A stretch of DNA of 3,027 nt from Escherichia coli (GTDB taxonomy: Bacteria; Pseudomonadota; Gammaproteobacteria; Enterobacterales; Enterobacteriaceae): assembly GCF_003334785.1 (NCBI RefSeq), contig NZ_QOWV01000053.1. One strand, written 5' to 3'. Shown in pieces: positions 1-3,027 of the stretch. The notes beneath the pieces are model-generated. The model saw only the letters and a program-made list of their open reading frames with translations, searched no databases and was not told the DNA's origin. The position numbers were made by a program, and so were the translations under genes. Position 1 is the stretch's first letter. Each line of letters starts with the position of its first letter.

Positions 1-11
1 GCCGCCAGGCA
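1..11 (-). rRNA. rrf: 5S rRNA gene, 5' end only (first 11 nt; the rest lies beyond the window start)
   Basis: Reverse complement of 1..11 is TGCCTGGCGGC, the canonical 5' end of enterobacterial 5S rRNA, sitting 92 nt downstream (in rRNA sense) of the 23S 3' end as expected for an rrn operon. Only 11 nt are visible, so the call rests on context. Confidence 0.75.
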
Positions 12-103
12 AATTCTGTTTTATCAGACCGCTTCTGCGTTCTGATTTAATCTGTATCAGGCTGAAAATCTTCTCTCATCCGCCAAAACAGCTTCGGCGT
101 TGT
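12..103 (-). other. 23S-5S internal transcribed spacer (about 92 nt) of an rrn operon; contains the 3' half of the 23S processing stem
   Basis: Lies between the 23S 3' end (window 104) and the 5S 5' end (window 11). In rRNA sense it reads ACAACGCCGAAGCTGTTTTGGCGGATGAGAGAAGATTTTCAGCCTGATACAGATTAAATCAGAACGCAGAAGCGGTCTGATAAAACAGAATT, which matches the E. coli rrnB-type 23S-5S spacer as I recall it. Confidence 0.85.
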
Positions 104-340
104 AAGGTTAAGCCTCACGGTTCATTAGTACCGGTTAGCTCAACGCATCGCTGCGCTTACACACCCGGCCTATCAACGTCGTCGTCTTCAACGTTCCTTC
201 AGGACCCTTAAAGGGTCAGGGAGAACTCATCTCGGGGCAAGTTTCGTGCTTAGATGCTTTCAGCACTTATCTCTTCCGCATTTAGCTACCGGGCAGTGCC
301 ATTGGCATGACAACCCGAACACCAGTGATGCGTCCACTCC

Positions 341-355
341 GGTCCTCTCGTACTA
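341..355 (-). other. Sarcin-ricin loop of 23S rRNA (E. coli 2653-2667), the elongation-factor binding site
   Basis: Window 341..355 is ggtcctctcgtacta, reverse complement UAGUACGAGAGGACC, the universally conserved motif. A2660 (ricin depurination site) maps to window 348 and G2661 to window 347 (the bond cleaved by alpha-sarcin lies between them). Confidence 0.9.
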
Positions 356-440
356 GGAGCAGCCCCCCTCAGTTCTCCAGCGCCCACGGCAGATAGGGAC
401 CGAACTGTCTCACGACGTTCTAAACCCAGCTCGCGTACCA

Positions 441-474
<34 letters not shown>

Positions 475-475
475 A

Positions 476-518
<43 letters not shown>

Positions 519-547
519 ACCGCCGTCGATATGAACTCTTGGGCGGT

Positions 548-603
<56 letters not shown>

Positions 604-940
604 AGAACCACCGGATCACTATGACCTGCTTTCGCACCTGCTCGCGCCGTCACGCTCGCAGTCAAGCTGGCTTATGCCATTGCACTAACCTCCTGATGTC
701 CGACCAGGATTAGCCAACCTTCGTGCTCCTCCGTTACTCTTTAGGAGGAGACCGCCCCAGTCAAACTACCCACCAGACACTGTCCGCAACCCGGATTACG
801 GGTCAACGTTAGAACATCAAACATTAAAGGGTGGTATTTCAAGGTCGGCTCCATGCAGACTGGCGTCCACACTTCAAAGCCTCCCACCTATCCTACACAT
901 CAAGGCTCAATGTTCAGTGTCAAGCTATAGTAAAGGTTCA

Positions 941-956
941 CGGGGTCTTTCCGTCT
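941..956 (-). other. Macrolide/lincosamide/streptogramin B binding segment of domain V (G2057, A2058, A2059, A2062 region)
   Basis: Window 945..956 is gtctttccgtct, reverse complement AGACGGAAAGAC. A2058 maps to window 950 and A2059 to window 949; both are the wild-type base. Confidence 0.85.
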
Positions 957-1025
957 TGCCGCGGGTACACTGCATCTTCACAGCGAGTTCAATTTCACTG
1001 AGTCTCGGGTGGAGACAGCCTGGCC

Positions 1026-1123
<98 letters not shown>

Positions 1124-1899
1124 CAAGAGCTTCGCTTGCGCTAACCCCATCAATTAACCTTCCGGCACCGGGCAGGCGTCACACCGTATACGTCCACTTT
1201 CGTGTTTGCACAGTGCTGTGTTTTTAATAAACAGTTGCAGCCAGCTGGTATCTTCGACTGATTTCAGCTCCATCCGCGAGGGACTTCACCTACATATCAG
1301 CGTGCCTTCTCCCGAAGTTACGGCACCATTTTGCCTAGTTCCTTCACCCGAGTTCTCTCAAGCGCCTTGGTATTCTCTACCTGACCACCTGTGTCGGTTT
1401 GGGGTACGATTTGATGTTACCTGATGCTTAGAGGCTTTTCCTGGAAGCAGGGCATTTGTTGCTTCAGCACCGTAGTGCCTCGTCATCACGCCTCAGCCTT
1501 GATTTTCCGGATTTGCCTGGAAAACCAGCCTACACGCTTAAACCGGGACAACCGTCGCCCGGCCAACATAGCCTTCTCCGTCCCCCCTTCGCAGTAACAC
1601 CAAGTACAGGAATATTAACCTGTTTCCCATCGACTACGCCTTTCGGCCTCGCCTTAGGGGTCGACTCACCCTGCCCCGATTAACGTTGGACAGGAACCCT
1701 TGGTCTTCCGGCGAGCGGGCTTTTCACCCGCTTTATCGTTACTTATGTCAGCATTCGCACTTCTGATACCTCCAGCATGCCTCACAGCACACCTTCGCAG
1801 GCTTACAGAACGCTCCCCTACCCAACAACGCATCAGCGTCGCTGCCGCAGCTTCGGTGCATGGTTTAGCCCCGTTACATCTTCCGCGCAGGCCGACTCG

Positions 1900-1957
<58 letters not shown>

Positions 1958-2000
1958 TGTCTGGGCCTTCCCACATCGTTTCCCACTTAACCATGACTTT

Positions 2001-2033
<33 letters not shown>

Positions 2034-3007
2034 CTTCACGACGGACGTTAGCACCCGCCGTGTGTCTCCCGTGATAACATTCTCCGGTATTCGCAGTTTG
2101 CATCGGGTTGGTAAGTCGGGATGACCCCCTTGCCGAAACAGTGCTCTACCCCCGGAGATGAATTCACGAGGCGCTACCTAAATAGCTTTCGGGGAGAACC
2201 AGCTATCTCCCGGTTTGATTGGCCTTTCACCCCCAGCCACAAGTCATCCGCTAATTTTTCAACATTAGTCGGTTCGGTCCTCCAGTTAGTGTTACCCAAC
2301 CTTCAACCTGCCCATGGCTAGATCACCGGGTTTCGGGTCTATACCCTGCAACTTAACGCCCAGTTAAGACTCGGTTTCCCTTCGGCTCCCCTATTCGGTT
2401 AACCTTGCTACAGAATATAAGTCGCTGACCCATTATACAAAAGGTACGCAGTCACACGCCTAAGCGTGCTCCCACTGCTTGTACGTACACGGTTTCAGGT
2501 TCTTTTTCACTCCCCTCGCCGGGGTTCTTTTCGCCTTTCCCTCACGGTACTGGTTCACTATCGGTCAGTCAGGAGTATTTAGCCTTGGAGGATGGTCCCC
2601 CCATATTCAGACAGGATACCACGTGTCCCGCCCTACTCATCGAGCTCACAGCATGTGCATTTTTGTGTACGGGGCTGTCACCCTGTATCGCGCGCCTTTC
2701 CAGACGCTTCCACTAACACACACACTGATTCAGGCTCTGGGCTGCTCCCCGTTCGCTCGCCGCTACTGGGGGAATCTCGGTTGATTTCTTTTCCTCGGGG
2801 TACTTAGATGTTTCAGTTCCCCCGGTTCGCCTCATTAACCTATGGATTCAGTTAATGATAGTGTGTCGAAACACACTGGGTTTCCCCATTCGGAAATCGC
2901 CGGTTATAACGGTTCATATCACCTTACCGACGCTTATCGCAGATTAGCACGTCCTTCATCGCCTCTGACTGCCAGGGCATCCACCGTGTACGCTTAGTCG
3001 CTTAACC

Positions 3008-3027
3008 TCACAACCCGAAGATGTTTC
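3008..3027 (-). other. 3' end of the 16S-23S spacer / 23S leader; 5' half of the RNase III processing stem
   Basis: Reverse complement is GAAACATCTTCGGGTTGTGA, which immediately precedes mature 23S in E. coli rrn operons and is complementary to the trailer at window 92..103. Confidence 0.8.

Noticed and set aside
203-217. Short palindrome gaccc-ttaaa-gggtc resembling a hairpin or terminator stem
   Set aside because: It lies inside the mature 23S 3' domain (rRNA sense GACCCUUUAAGGGUC) and is a structural helix of the rRNA. It is not followed by a U-tract in the transcribed orientation and is not a terminator.
2121-2321. Plus-strand ORF 2121..2321 (66 aa)
   Set aside because: Antisense to 23S domain II, for the same reason as the other ORFs.
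2479-2784. Longest ORF in the track (101 aa, plus strand)
   Set aside because: It lies wholly inside the 23S rRNA gene on the antisense strand (E. coli 23S positions about 224-529). The translation is low-complexity with no recognisable motif and it overlaps another ORF (2592..2807) in a different frame. It is a compositional artefact of pyrimidine-rich antisense rRNA.

Overview
The whole window is ribosomal RNA operon sequence on the minus strand, not a protein-coding or accessory region. It holds one complete 23S rRNA gene (104..3007, 2904 nt), the 23S-5S spacer (12..103), the first 11 nt of the 5S rRNA gene (1..11) and the last 20 nt of the spacer upstream of 23S (3008..3027). The sequence matches the Escherichia coli / Shigella 23S rRNA as I recall it, and canonical E. 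coli numbering maps linearly onto the window (window = 3008 - E. coli position), which I checked at five landmarks. All nine ORFs in the supplied track are on the plus strand, antisense to the rRNA, and I judge them spurious. I found no CRISPR array, mobile element, intron, intervening sequence or novel system. The points worth recording are the RNase III processing stem formed by the 23S flanks, wild-type bases at the main antibiotic-resistance positions, and the repeat and vector-contamination caveats that apply to any rrn window.
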